A stretch of 63,889 bases of DNA, counting the filler, from an uncultured bacterium (GTDB lineage Bacteria > CAZSTA01): the NCBI GenBank assembly GCA_964609495.1. It is 10 parts of 10 records of this genome, joined end to end, with 100 filler letters (N's around TTAATTAATTAA, not from the genome) between each part and the next. Parts side by side here need not be neighbours in the genome. Positions count along the whole stretch, not along the records: positions 26,110 to 32,402 come from CAZSTA010000206.1; positions 32,503 to 38,791 come from CAZSTA010000207.1; positions 38,892 to 45,177 come from CAZSTA010000208.1; 7 more parts are not named here. The stretch is one strand, 5' to 3'. Under the pieces are notes generated by a model that worked only from the letters and a program-made list of their open reading frames with translations, had not been told where the DNA came from and did not search any database. Positions 30,350 to 40,141 of this stretch are shown piece after piece (position 1 is the stretch's first letter; every line of letters starts with the position of its first letter). Both the position numbers and the translations under genes were made by a program.

Positions 30350-31423
30350 ATGCGAGAGATCACAACCTATCAATATGAGCTTTTTCCAAGCCTGACCGCG
30401 AGGTTTCCTTCCACTCGTTATCAGGGTAGCAAAGCGAAACTCGTTCAGTGGATTTGGGAACAAATAGCGGACTTGGATTTCAAGACCTGTTTAGATGCTT
30501 TTGGTGGCACAGCTACTGTCTCTTATCGTCTGAAGCAGGCGGGCAAGCAAGTCGCCTATAACGATCTGCTCCGCTTCAATTACTATATTGGACTGGCGCT
30601 CATCGAGAACAATCAGGTCCGTCTGAGTTCCGAAGAGGTGGACTGGCTCCTCCAGAGGCATCCAGATATCACATATCCAAGTTTTGTCCAAGATAATTTC
30701 TCCGATATCTACTTTACTGACGAGGAGAATGCCTGGATTGACCAAACGATTACCAATATCCGTCAACTCACTGATCCATACAAGTTCGCTCTCGCATTTT
30801 TCGCTCTGTGTCAAGCTTGCCTCATCAAGCGACCTTATAATCTGTTCCATCGAAAAAATCTCTATATTCGCCTCGCGGAAGTTGAGCGTTCATTTGGAAA
30901 CAAGACCACCTGGGACAGACCCTTTGACGAGTGGTTTCGTTCTTTCGTGGAGGAAGCAAATCAAGCTGTCTTTGACAACGGTCGGAGGAATCGCGCCCTG
31001 AACCTTGATGCTGTTGATGTGCCTGGTGAGTATGACTTGGTGTATATAGATACTCCTTACATCTCCAAACGTGGTGTAGCCGTTGACTACCTGGGGTTTT
31101 ACCACTTCTTGGAAGGATTAACGATGTCCGATCAGTGGGGCAAACATATAGATCGCAGATCAAAGCATCGCCGTTTCCTGCCACGACCGAATGAATGGAC
31201 TGACAAAAACCGGATCCATTCTGCTTTTGATCGTTTATTCAAGCGATATCAGGAAAGCGTAATTGTGATCTCTTATCGAAGCGACGGTATCCCTTCTGAA
31301 TCGGAGCTTGTATCCCTGCTCAGGCAATACAAGAGCGATGTCCGCGTAGAACATTTTGGTCATTATAAATATGTGTTATCTCCCAATTCCAAGTCTGGGG
31401 AAATTCTCTTGATCGGGACATAG
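30350..31423 (+). CDS. D12-class DNA adenine methyltransferase (orphan here)
   Basis: RYQGSK, motif I DAFGG, catalytic motif YIDTPY. Confidence 0.85.
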   Translation: MREITTYQYELFPSLTARFPSTRYQGSKAKLVQWIWEQIADLDFKTCLDAFGGTATVSYRLKQAGKQVAYNDLLRFNYYIGLALIENNQVRLSSEEVDWLLQRHPDITYPSFVQDNFSDIYFTDEENAWIDQTITNIRQLTDPYKFALAFFALCQACLIKRPYNLFHRKNLYIRLAEVERSFGNKTTWDRPFDEWFRSFVEEANQAVFDNGRRNRALNLDAVDVPGEYDLVYIDTPYISKRGVAVDYLGFYHFLEGLTMSDQWGKHIDRRSKHRRFLPRPNEWTDKNRIHSAFDRLFKRYQESVIVISYRSDGIPSESELVSLLRQYKSDVRVEHFGHYKYVLSPNSKSGEILLIGT

Positions 31424-31506
31424 ATTCTGCTGTTAAGTTTCAAATCTTTTATCACCTCATCAGAAGCTAAGACTCTCACAGAGAGAAAAGCTTTGCGTAA
31501 TTCAAG

Positions 31507-32154
31507 ATGAGTTATCAAAACTTAGGAGTTACTCGAATGAAAAGAATAATTTTAGCTTCGGCTTCACCTAGAAGAAAACAATTATTGGAAAAGATAGGGC
31601 TTTCTTTCACTATCGAATCTAGTGATCTTAATGAAGATAATGCCACTTTATCCTTAGATAAGGATCCGATTGAGTTAGCTAAGGAATTGGCTCTAAGAAA
31701 GGCTACTTTCATAGCTAGTAGAAATAAAGAGGGAACCCTGGTAATCGGAGCGGATACGATCGTCATCTTAAACGGTGATATCCTGGGCAAACCTCATACT
31801 CCAGAGGCTGCCGAGGAGATGTTATCCCAACTCAGCGGGATATGGCACAAGGTTATAACAGGAGTAGCCTTAGTGGAAGCTCAAAATGGTAAGTGGATAG
31901 TAGATGCTGTATCAACTGAGGTCAAGATGAGAGAGTTATCGGAGGATATAATCAAAGCCTATATCTCCACCGATGAGCCGCTCGATAAAGCAGGAGCTTA
32001 TGGGATTCAGGAACTAGGAGCGGTCTTAGTGGAGGAGATAAGGGGCTGTTACTATAATGTAGTAGGATTGCCTTTAGCTAAATTAACCGAGATGCTGGAA
32101 TATTTTGGAGTTGAGGTTTACAGAAGATGGAAATCAAATTCGTGTCTCCAATAG
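31507..32154 (+). CDS. maf: Maf-family nucleoside triphosphate pyrophosphatase
   Basis: ILASASPRR, IGADTIV, DKAGAYGIQ, NVVGLP (likely start MKRII). Confidence 0.95.
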   Translation: MSYQNLGVTRMKRIILASASPRRKQLLEKIGLSFTIESSDLNEDNATLSLDKDPIELAKELALRKATFIASRNKEGTLVIGADTIVILNGDILGKPHTPEAAEEMLSQLSGIWHKVITGVALVEAQNGKWIVDAVSTEVKMRELSEDIIKAYISTDEPLDKAGAYGIQELGAVLVEEIRGCYYNVVGLPLAKLTEMLEYFGVEVYRRWKSNSCLQ

Positions 32155-32402
32155 TCGAAAAGGAATTAGGGTTATTCGTTAGAGCTTTAGAGGAGAAGTT
32201 CGTCTCTCACCTCGAAAAGGTGATATTATATGGTTCTCAAGTGAAGGGAACAGCCTCTGAAAGCTCTGATATAGAGATTCTGGTGGTCATAGATGAGAGA
32301 GATGCAGAGCTAGAGGATGATATCATAGGAGAGGCATTCGAGATAACATTGCGGTATAGAATCTATCTCTCTCTCAAGATCATAAGTTATTCGGAGTATC
32401 AG
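32127..32402 (+). CDS. minimal nucleotidyltransferase (MNT) domain protein, truncated
   Basis: VILYGSQVKG....SDIEILVV. Confidence 0.75.
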
Positions 32403-32502
32403 NNNNNNNNNNNNNNNNNNNNNNNNNNNNNNNNNNNNNNNNNNNNTTAATTAATTAANNNNNNNNNNNNNNNNNNNNNNNNNNNNNNNNNNNNNNNNNN
32501 NN

Positions 32503-32546
32503 GAGGTTTAGGGTGAGGGGGAAATTATATCTTGAACTCCCTAGCG
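32503..32546 (+). repeat. right end of a REP/MITE copy at the scaffold start
   Basis: AGGGTGAGGGGGAAATTATATCTTGAACTCCCTAGCG. Confidence 0.75.
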
Positions 32547-32645
32547 AAAAAACTAAGAATAACAATTCATTTGAGATTATTTAATGCCGCTATAGATGGC
32601 AGATTCAAAATCCAACCTGCTTTTAAGAGAAGGAGTGTATTCGAT

Positions 32646-33911
32646 ATGAGTTATCCTAAAATGATGAAGATACGTCAGAAGCTCTATAGCTCTCCAATAC
32701 CTGATATAACAGGTCATATCAAGCAAGAGATGCTAAAAATTAGGTTGAGCGAGATCATCCTTCCGGGAGAGCGAATCGCTATAACCGCAGGAAGCAGAGG
32801 AGTCGCCAACATCGCTCAGATATTAGCTTGCCTAGTCAAGGAGGTTAAAGCGATAGGTGCAGAACCATTTCTTATCCCAACCATGGGAAGTCATGGAGGA
32901 GGAATTGCGGAGGGACAGATCGATGTCCTAGAGGGATTAGGGGTAACTGAGAGGAGTGTTGGTGCTCCGATTTTATCCTCTATGGAGGTGGTGCAGATCG
33001 GCGAGACTCCGGGTGGGCTCCCAGTTTATATTGATAAGAATGGAGCCGAGGCAGATGGCATAATCGTTGTCGGTAGGGTCAAACAGCATACCGATTTCTC
33101 AGGCACCTGGGAGAGCGGTCTTTTGAAGATGATGGTTATCGGTTTGGGAAAGAAGAAGCAGGCGGAGGTGATTCACGCTCTAGGAGTGCCGGGGCTGAGA
33201 TTTCATATCCCCGAGGTGGCTAAGGTTGTCCTCGATAAGGCAGACATTCGCTTCGGAGTGGCTATATTGGAGGATGGCTATGATAGGACCTCGGAGATCA
33301 TAGCCTCTCTGCCCGAGGAGATCATAGATAGGGAAAGAAAGCTATTGCAGAGGGTAAAGAGAAATGCGGCTCGCTTGCCCTTCAAGGATATCGATATCCT
33401 CATAGTCGATCGCCTAGGGAAAGATATCAGCGGTGCTGGGATGGATACTAATGTCATCGGTCGCCTCCGAATACCTGGCGAAAGGGAGTTCAGACAGCCT
33501 CGAATTAAGATTATAGTGACGCTCGATCTAACCGAGGGAACTCATGGAAATGCGGCCGGGATCGGTTTAGCAGATTTCACCACGAAGAGGCTTGCCGATA
33601 AGATCGATTGGGACATAACGAATATTAATACCATAACTAGCGGTTTTTTGGAGAGGGGAAAGATGCCCATAACTTTTCCCAGCGATAAGGAAACTATAGA
33701 TAACGCTCTCTTTATGATTCGCAGTAAGCCTGTGGAAGAGGTTCGCTTAGTCCGTATTCTTGATACGCTTTATCTGAAGAAGATGCATATCTCCGAAGGA
33801 TTATTGGAGACCGCTCGGAATAATAAGAGGATCGTATATATCGGGGAGCCTAAGCCTATGCAATTCGATGAAGAGGGAAATCTTCTGGGGGGTATCAGGC
33901 ATATCGATTGA
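32646..33911 (+). CDS. LarA/DUF2088-like (lactate racemase N-domain) protein
   Basis: IAITAGSRG, PTMGSHGG, RVKQHTDF, GKDISGAGMDTNVIGR; start MSYPK after AGGAG. Confidence 0.8.
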   Translation: MSYPKMMKIRQKLYSSPIPDITGHIKQEMLKIRLSEIILPGERIAITAGSRGVANIAQILACLVKEVKAIGAEPFLIPTMGSHGGGIAEGQIDVLEGLGVTERSVGAPILSSMEVVQIGETPGGLPVYIDKNGAEADGIIVVGRVKQHTDFSGTWESGLLKMMVIGLGKKKQAEVIHALGVPGLRFHIPEVAKVVLDKADIRFGVAILEDGYDRTSEIIASLPEEIIDRERKLLQRVKRNAARLPFKDIDILIVDRLGKDISGAGMDTNVIGRLRIPGEREFRQPRIKIIVTLDLTEGTHGNAAGIGLADFTTKRLADKIDWDITNINTITSGFLERGKMPITFPSDKETIDNALFMIRSKPVEEVRLVRILDTLYLKKMHISEGLLETARNNKRIVYIGEPKPMQFDEEGNLLGGIRHID

Positions 33912-34063
33912 GAATGGTTTTATGTGGCTCTATATCCAATCAATAATTCAAAGACTATGAAGGAGAGCGTAAGGGTGAGGTCTAATTTTCCAAACAATTA
34001 AGGAAACTTTTTTACCTTGAGTTTTGTTACCTGCAAAAGTTTTCTTAAAAGGAGGTATATTAA

Positions 34064-35164
34064 ATGCCATATCTTTATGGGAAGAACTATACTAAAGAGG
34101 AGTTGTTGAGGAGAGTCGGTGATATATCACAGATAGGTGGCGCTCAACTTTATGAATTAGTGGAAGGTAACACCAAGGGAGTGCAAGCGGTAGATTTTCG
34201 TACTGGGACTGGATTCAACTTTACTGCATTGCCCGGAAGAGGTATGGATATCTCTTATGCTGAGTATCAGGGGCAACCCCTCTGCTGGAGGTCCTCGATT
34301 GGAGATGTCGAGGCTTCCTACTTCGAGCCAGAGGGACTGGGCTGGCTACGTTCCTTCTATGGCGGATTAGTAGTAACCTGCGGTTTAACCTACGCTGGTG
34401 CTCCTTGTAGCGATGAGGGCGAGGAATTGGGGATACACGGAAGGATATCCCACCTCCCTGCTAAAAACGTATGGGTGGAGGGAAAGTGGGAAAGCGATGA
34501 TTACTGGATGTGGGCTCAGGGCAAAATGCGGGAGACAGTTGTCTTTGGTGATAATATATCCTTGACTAGAAGGATCTCTGCTAAACTGGGAGAGACCAGA
34601 TTTTTTATCAAAGATGTAGTAGAGAATATGGGCTATGAACCTTCACCCTTTATGATCCTCTATCACATCAATGGCGGCTTTCCCGCGATAGATGAGAATG
34701 CGGTTCTCGTTTCTCCCACGAAGGATGTTACTCCTCGGGATAAGGAGGCCGAGATAGAAGCAGATAAATATTACTGGTTCCAAGCGCCTACTCGCGGATT
34801 TAAAGAGAGAGTTTACTATCATGATATGGCTTGTGATGAGAAGGGCTTCGTTTATACAGCTTTGGTGAATAAAGGATTTAGGGATGGGCAGGGCTTCGGC
34901 TTCTACGTCAAATACAAGAAGGATCAGCTTCCGAGATTCATCCAGTGGAAGATGAACTGCACCGGGACCTACGTAGTGGGGATGGAGCCTTCTAACTGCT
35001 TAGTCGGAGGACGGGATAAGGAGAGAGCTAAAGGGACTCTCCAATTCCTCGAGCCTGGCGAGGTAAGGGAGATCAACTTGGAGATCGGGGTTCTATGTTG
35101 CCTAAGCGAAATAGAGGAGCTTGAGGCTAAGGTCGAGAAGATAAAGGCTGGTTATGATAAATAG
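34064..35164 (+). CDS. aldose 1-epimerase family protein (DUF4432)
   Basis: RGMDI, GGLVVTCGL, GIHGRI, ILYHIN, GMEP. Confidence 0.88.
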   Translation: MPYLYGKNYTKEELLRRVGDISQIGGAQLYELVEGNTKGVQAVDFRTGTGFNFTALPGRGMDISYAEYQGQPLCWRSSIGDVEASYFEPEGLGWLRSFYGGLVVTCGLTYAGAPCSDEGEELGIHGRISHLPAKNVWVEGKWESDDYWMWAQGKMRETVVFGDNISLTRRISAKLGETRFFIKDVVENMGYEPSPFMILYHINGGFPAIDENAVLVSPTKDVTPRDKEAEIEADKYYWFQAPTRGFKERVYYHDMACDEKGFVYTALVNKGFRDGQGFGFYVKYKKDQLPRFIQWKMNCTGTYVVGMEPSNCLVGGRDKERAKGTLQFLEPGEVREINLEIGVLCCLSEIEELEAKVEKIKAGYDK

Positions 35165-35282
35165 GAGGGGTAGAAAAGGTAACTTTTGAGGGAGGATTCC
35201 TCCCCCTTCAGGAGTGGGTCAGGTAGGGAATATCTGATCCACTTCACTTAGATTATAACAGCTAGTTTCGGGAGGCCATCAT

Positions 35283-36215
35283 TTGTTAAAGGCATTTTTA
35301 GCGGTCAGTATATGGGCTGTATCTTTTGTAGCGACTAAGAGCCTTCTTCAGGAACTCTCACCGGTTAATTTGTTACTTCTAAGATCCACTGTTGGAGCAA
35401 TATTTTTACTAATAATAACTTTCGCCCAAAAAGGTTTTGTTCCCATAGAGAAAGCAGATCGCCTGAAGATTATAATTCTGGCGTTAGTAGGTTTCTCTGT
35501 TCCTATGCTTCAGGCTAAAGGATTGGTATATACTACAGCCACTAATACTGTCTGGTTGATAATGGCATCTCCAATTTTTACCTTGATCTTAGCCGCTCTC
35601 TTTCTAAAAGAGAGATTTGATATTCTAAAGCTCTCGGGTTTTTTCATCTCTCTGGCAGGAGTAGCCTTAGTTATCGGTAAAGGGGAATTTTCCCTAGCTC
35701 TATTCGATAAATCAAGCACCTGGGGCGATCTTCTTATTCTAGGCAGTGCTTTTACTTGGGCGTTATATTCGGTTATGGGCAAAGGAATCCTAAAGAAATA
35801 CCCTGCCCTGATGATCGTTGTCTGGACGATGGTTGTAAGCTCTATACTATTAACTCTTGTTACTTTCTCCACCTCTGCTTGGATTGAGATACCTCATCTC
35901 AGCTTACTAGGATGGGGAAAGATAGTTTTTCTGGGTGTATTCGCCTCGGGATTAGGCTACCTATTCTGGTATAATGCTTTAGAGGTGATGGATGCTTCCC
36001 AGGTAGCAGTATTTCTATATATAGAGCCGTTGATCACTACTATTACCGCTAGCCTCTTGCTTGAAGAGAGGATAACTCTCATAACTATAATCGGGGGAGT
36101 TATAATAATTGGCGGAGTGATCTTAGTCAATATGCGGAGACGAACTAATGCTATGAGGTCGGCTGATAAGAAAAGTGAGGATAAGGAGATAAGCTATGAA
36201 GAGATCCAAAGATAA
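35283..36215 (+). CDS. DMT/EamA family transporter
   Basis: About 10 TM segments in two EamA repeats; GDLLIL, YIEPL. Confidence 0.9.
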   Translation: MLKAFLAVSIWAVSFVATKSLLQELSPVNLLLLRSTVGAIFLLIITFAQKGFVPIEKADRLKIIILALVGFSVPMLQAKGLVYTTATNTVWLIMASPIFTLILAALFLKERFDILKLSGFFISLAGVALVIGKGEFSLALFDKSSTWGDLLILGSAFTWALYSVMGKGILKKYPALMIVVWTMVVSSILLTLVTFSTSAWIEIPHLSLLGWGKIVFLGVFASGLGYLFWYNALEVMDASQVAVFLYIEPLITTITASLLLEERITLITIIGGVIIIGGVILVNMRRRTNAMRSADKKSEDKEISYEEIQR

Positions 36216-37002
36216 TATAGCGGAGATATTCGCTATAGGCGATGAATTGCTTTTCGGGAGGATATATGATACCAATTCCTTCTGGATGGCAGAGCAAGTT
36301 ACTCGCTTAGGTGCTGAGGTGCGAAGGATCACTTGTCTGCCAGATGATAAAGATGAGATAATCAAAGGGGTTCAAGAGGCTATCGGGCGATCTGCTAAGT
36401 TTATCTTCATCAGCGGAGGCTTAGGTCCAACTCCTGATGATGTCACAGTAGAAGCGATGGCTGATCTCCTAGGATGTTCTATCGATATCGATCAAAGTTT
36501 AATAGAGAGATACATGCGTTGGCGAAATATAAGTCGTGATCAGCTCACTCCTCCTATGATCAAGATGGCGAGCGTTCCTGCCTCTGCGGAAATATTGCCA
36601 AATCCAGTGGGATGGGCTCCGGGTTTAGCTATGGATAAAGAGGGAATTAAGATATTTGTTACCCCTGGGCCTCCTAAGGAGATGAAGGGGATATTTGAGG
36701 AGCATATAGCAGATAGAGTATCATCGCTTCTAGGGAGGAAAAGCACCATCCTCAGATTGTTTATCAAGATGCATGAATCACAGATGTCGCCTCTAATGGA
36801 GGAGGTGATGAAGCAATTTCCTCAGACCTATGTCAAGGCTTACGTGAGTATGAGCACCGATAAAGGGTTACCAGTTGATATCATCTCCTACGGGATAACA
36901 TTACAGGATAGCAAGGATCGGTTGACTAGAGCCTTAGAGTTTCTGACTAAATTGGTAAAGGATCAAAATAGGGATATATACTTGTTAGAGGAGGAAAGTT
37001 GA
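36196..37002 (+). CDS. CinA N-terminal / molybdopterin-binding domain protein
   Basis: IGDELLFGRIYDTN, SGGLGPTPDDVT, NPVGWAPG, PGPPKEM; no PncC C-terminal domain. Confidence 0.85.
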   Translation: MKRSKDNIAEIFAIGDELLFGRIYDTNSFWMAEQVTRLGAEVRRITCLPDDKDEIIKGVQEAIGRSAKFIFISGGLGPTPDDVTVEAMADLLGCSIDIDQSLIERYMRWRNISRDQLTPPMIKMASVPASAEILPNPVGWAPGLAMDKEGIKIFVTPGPPKEMKGIFEEHIADRVSSLLGRKSTILRLFIKMHESQMSPLMEEVMKQFPQTYVKAYVSMSTDKGLPVDIISYGITLQDSKDRLTRALEFLTKLVKDQNRDIYLLEEES

Positions 37003-37117
37003 GCGAGGGTGTNNNNNNNNNNNNNNNNNNNNNNNNNNNNNNNNNNNNNNNNNNNNNNNNNNNNNNNNNNNNNNNNNNNNNNNNNNNNNNNNNNNNNNNN
37101 NNNNNNNNNNNNATTAT

Positions 37118-37657
37118 ATGTGGAAATATATAATCTTAGCAGTTATGTGGGGTGTTATCATCTTGGGATGGCTAATCCCAATGATACGACAACGTATTGT
37201 CTATGAAATTTATGAGGCGTGTGGATTAGGTGGCTCCTTTACCCTATTAATCCTTGGTATGGGTGGGGTATTTACCCAGTTTAATATTTTGCCACTCCGA
37301 ATTATTGGCTTTATCCTCTATATTCCCGCCGCTTTTTTTGTTATATCCGCCTTTGTTACACTTAAGCACAAAGGTAAACCAACGGATGCTTGGGAATATA
37401 CCACCACTTTGATCGACAGCAGTGTATTTCGAATTGTGCGACATCCTCTCTATTTAGGGACTGCCATTTGGACAGTTGCCTTGATGTTAATTTTCCAATC
37501 GATTCCATCAGCCCTACTGGGAATAGTAAATATCTTTTGCTTCTGGATGGCATCTAGAAAAGAGGACGCATTCAATATCGAGAAATTCGGAGATGGATAC
37601 CAGGAATATATGAGAGAAGTTCCTATGTGGAATGTTTTTAAGGGATTAAGAAAGTGA
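37118..37657 (+). CDS. isoprenylcysteine carboxyl methyltransferase / PEMT-family membrane protein
   Basis: TM helices, FRIVRHPLYLG, KEDAF..KFGDGYQEYMREVP. Confidence 0.8.
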   Translation: MWKYIILAVMWGVIILGWLIPMIRQRIVYEIYEACGLGGSFTLLILGMGGVFTQFNILPLRIIGFILYIPAAFFVISAFVTLKHKGKPTDAWEYTTTLIDSSVFRIVRHPLYLGTAIWTVALMLIFQSIPSALLGIVNIFCFWMASRKEDAFNIEKFGDGYQEYMREVPMWNVFKGLRK

Positions 37658-37782
37658 GGATTATGAGCAAAGTCATTTTCAAAATTTAAAGATATGAGTG
37701 AGCAACTTCATTTGATAACGTGTTTGCGTTTCGCCTCGCTCACTCAAACTCGCTCTACAAAATTCTTTGGGAGGGTTAAACA

Positions 37783-38727
37783 GTGAGTGAAATAATAAAT
37801 GAGCAGAAAAGTTTATTTGAGAGTGACGCTTACCAAAAGGGTGATATGAACCTCGTGATAAAAGATAGAGAAGAAAAACGAGAGTGTCTGCTCGAGGAAA
37901 TAAAAAATAGAGTTATCTTAGGCAATGCGCTCAAAGTTCTCGAAAAAATGGATGGCGAAACTGTTGATATGGTATTTATCGACCCTCCCTATTTCTTACA
38001 GATACCGAGAAAAGAGCTAAGACGATGGGGTGTTAAAACTCAAGTTGAAGGAGTAGATGATGAATGGGATAAATTTTCATCTTTCCAAGAGTATGACGAG
38101 TTTATTCGTTCGCTTCTCAGGGAAGTGAAACGAGTGATGAAACCTAATGCTACTCTATGGGTAATAAGCACCTATCATAGTATCTTTAGAATTGGCAAAA
38201 TTATGCAGGATCTGGGATTCTGGATATTGAATAATGTAATTTGGGTGAAGACCAACCCAATGCCAAACTGGTTAGGCGTGAGGTTCACCAATGCAACTGA
38301 AACTCTTATTTGGGCGGTGAGAGATAAAAATGCTAAGAAATATACTTTCAATAAGGATTACGCGAAAATCTTTGGTATCGGGAAGATAGGAGCGAATGTC
38401 TGGGTATTGCCTTTATGCGGTGGCAAGGAGAGGCTGAAGGATGAGAGGGGCAAAAAATTGCACTCCACCCAAAAACCTATTGAATTGCTTAAACGAGTTA
38501 TAATGACTTCTACAAAAGAGGGGGATTTAATATTAGATCCCCTGGCAGGAGTTGGAACAACAGGATATGTTGCTCAAGCGCTAAAACGCGATTTTATTAT
38601 GATAGAGATAGATGAGGAATATGTGGAAGGTATAGAGAATAGGTTTAAAAACCCATTAGGAATAAAAGAAACTTTAAAGAAGAAACTTAGGACAGATTTT
38701 GAATCAAGTTTAGGTATATTATTTTAA
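37783..38727 (+). CDS. beta-class DNA methyltransferase, CcrM/M.HinfI-like
   Basis: IDPPY precedes DPLAGVGTT; NPMPNWLGVRFTNATETLIWA and LCGGKERLKD...HSTQKP resemble CcrM signatures. Confidence 0.85.
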   Translation: MSEIINEQKSLFESDAYQKGDMNLVIKDREEKRECLLEEIKNRVILGNALKVLEKMDGETVDMVFIDPPYFLQIPRKELRRWGVKTQVEGVDDEWDKFSSFQEYDEFIRSLLREVKRVMKPNATLWVISTYHSIFRIGKIMQDLGFWILNNVIWVKTNPMPNWLGVRFTNATETLIWAVRDKNAKKYTFNKDYAKIFGIGKIGANVWVLPLCGGKERLKDERGKKLHSTQKPIELLKRVIMTSTKEGDLILDPLAGVGTTGYVAQALKRDFIMIEIDEEYVEGIENRFKNPLGIKETLKKKLRTDFESSLGILF

Positions 38728-38976
38728 AAAGGATATGTTTAAATCTGGAAGATATAATTCGCTATATTTATGTGTCATCAGTGTATAGAGANNNNNNNNN
38801 NNNNNNNNNNNNNNNNNNNNNNNNNNNNNNNNNNNTTAATTAATTAANNNNNNNNNNNNNNNNNNNNNNNNNNNNNNNNNNNNNNNNNNNNATTATACCA
38901 GATATGAGGCGAATGTCAAGAGCATATTGGAGAAAGGAGGCAAAGAGATATAAGTATATTAAGCATATTGCATATC

Positions 38977-39005
38977 TTGACAAAATAAAAATTTTAGGGT
39001 ATAAA
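38977..39005 (+). promoter_or_regulatory. promoter of the MerR-like HTH gene
   Basis: TTGACA-17nt-TATAAA. Confidence 0.6.
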
Positions 39006-39038
39006 TAGCAGATATAATATAATTCGGAGGGGGACTTT

Positions 39039-39230
39039 ATGGATAAGGAAGAAGAAACCTTTACCATCAGTCAAGCGAGTGAGATGACTGGAGTTAGTGA
39101 TCAGACTATTAAAATTTGGGAAAAACTAGAGAAGATAGGTCCAATCAAAAGAGATTGGAAAGGATGGAGAATATTTACCAGAAAGGATATCGAGGATATA
39201 ATAAGGGTTAGAGACTCAAATATCCTTTAG
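39039..39230 (+). CDS. stand-alone MerR-type HTH protein
   Basis: FTISQASEMTGVSDQTIKIWE...KRDWKGWRIFTRKDI; RBS GGAGGGGG. Confidence 0.85.
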   Translation: MDKEEETFTISQASEMTGVSDQTIKIWEKLEKIGPIKRDWKGWRIFTRKDIEDIIRVRDSNIL

Positions 39231-39367
39231 CAGTCAACGTTGACTGCTAAATTCTTAAAGGGCGAATTTTTTCCCTGAAGATACCCTAATTTTAATTTAC
39301 TTGTGGTAACCTTCGTTATCGCAAGTAAAAGATTAGAAGTGGGTCATTAATAGATATTAACAGCCCG

Positions 39368-40141
39368 CTAAACTTCGACTTTCCCCCTGACGATCGGCTC
39401 TTGAATACCATCCCTTACCTCCCCAGCATACTTGATCTTACCTCTGTAGAGCGAATTAGATAATATCCTCTGGACTCCCCTATGAGTCCAACCACATCCT
39501 CTCTTGGTAGTATATCCCTCCTCATTTAACCTCTTCGCTATCGCTCTAAGAGATAATCCTCTCCTCTTTAACTTTCGGATATACTTTACAATCTTGGCTT
39601 CAGCTTCATTTATCACTAGCTTAGAGTGAGAGCGTCCATTCCGCTGTGAGTCATATCCAAGAGCTAAACCACCTCCAGCATAACCACCATCTTTATACTT
39701 GCGTAGCCTTCCCGCGGTTAATCTTAATCGGATAAGCTCTTTTTCATACTCGGAAAAAGCTCCTTTTATCTGTCTAAAAAGTCGAGTGGAGGGATCGGAT
39801 TTGTTAAGGTCGGGTTCGGTTATGGAGTATAACTTGACTTCAGAGACTTCCAGTTCCTTCTCGATAAACAACTCGGCAAATAGGTCCCTAGCAAGCCGAT
39901 CCAATCTATACACAATAACTATATCGAACTCCCCTTCCTTAGCACTGTCCAGAAGGGAGAGTAAAGCGGGGCGATCTAAGGTAGCCCCACTTATACCAGC
40001 ATCTTCATATATCCCGATTAACTTATACTTCTGGTCTTTACAATACTCAGTTATCTCCTCACGCTGGATATCTAACGATAGCCCTTCCTCAGATTGGATT
40101 TCTGTGCTTACTCTGATGTAGCCGACTGCTCTAGTCTTCAT
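39368..40141 (-). CDS. serine recombinase (resolvase catalytic domain plus Recombinase domain)
   Basis: GYIRVST (catalytic Ser), DAGISG..DRP, YRLDRLARD, then LGY...EAKIV...IAKRLN...W....VQRILSNSLYRG; no zinc ribbon. Confidence 0.92.
   Translation of the reverse strand: MKTRAVGYIRVSTEIQSEEGLSLDIQREEITEYCKDQKYKLIGIYEDAGISGATLDRPALLSLLDSAKEGEFDIVIVYRLDRLARDLFAELFIEKELEVSEVKLYSITEPDLNKSDPSTRLFRQIKGAFSEYEKELIRLRLTAGRLRKYKDGGYAGGGLALGYDSQRNGRSHSKLVINEAEAKIVKYIRKLKRRGLSLRAIAKRLNEEGYTTKRGCGWTHRGVQRILSNSLYRGKIKYAGEVRDGIQEPIVRGKVEV

Noticed and set aside
37783-39230. CcrM-like MTase as part of the prophage
   Set aside because: They are separated by an artificial linker (38792-38891), so adjacency is not real.
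39039-40141. IS607 element
   Set aside because: The MerR HTH is a separate convergent gene, the recombinase has a C-terminal Recombinase domain, and no tnpB is present.
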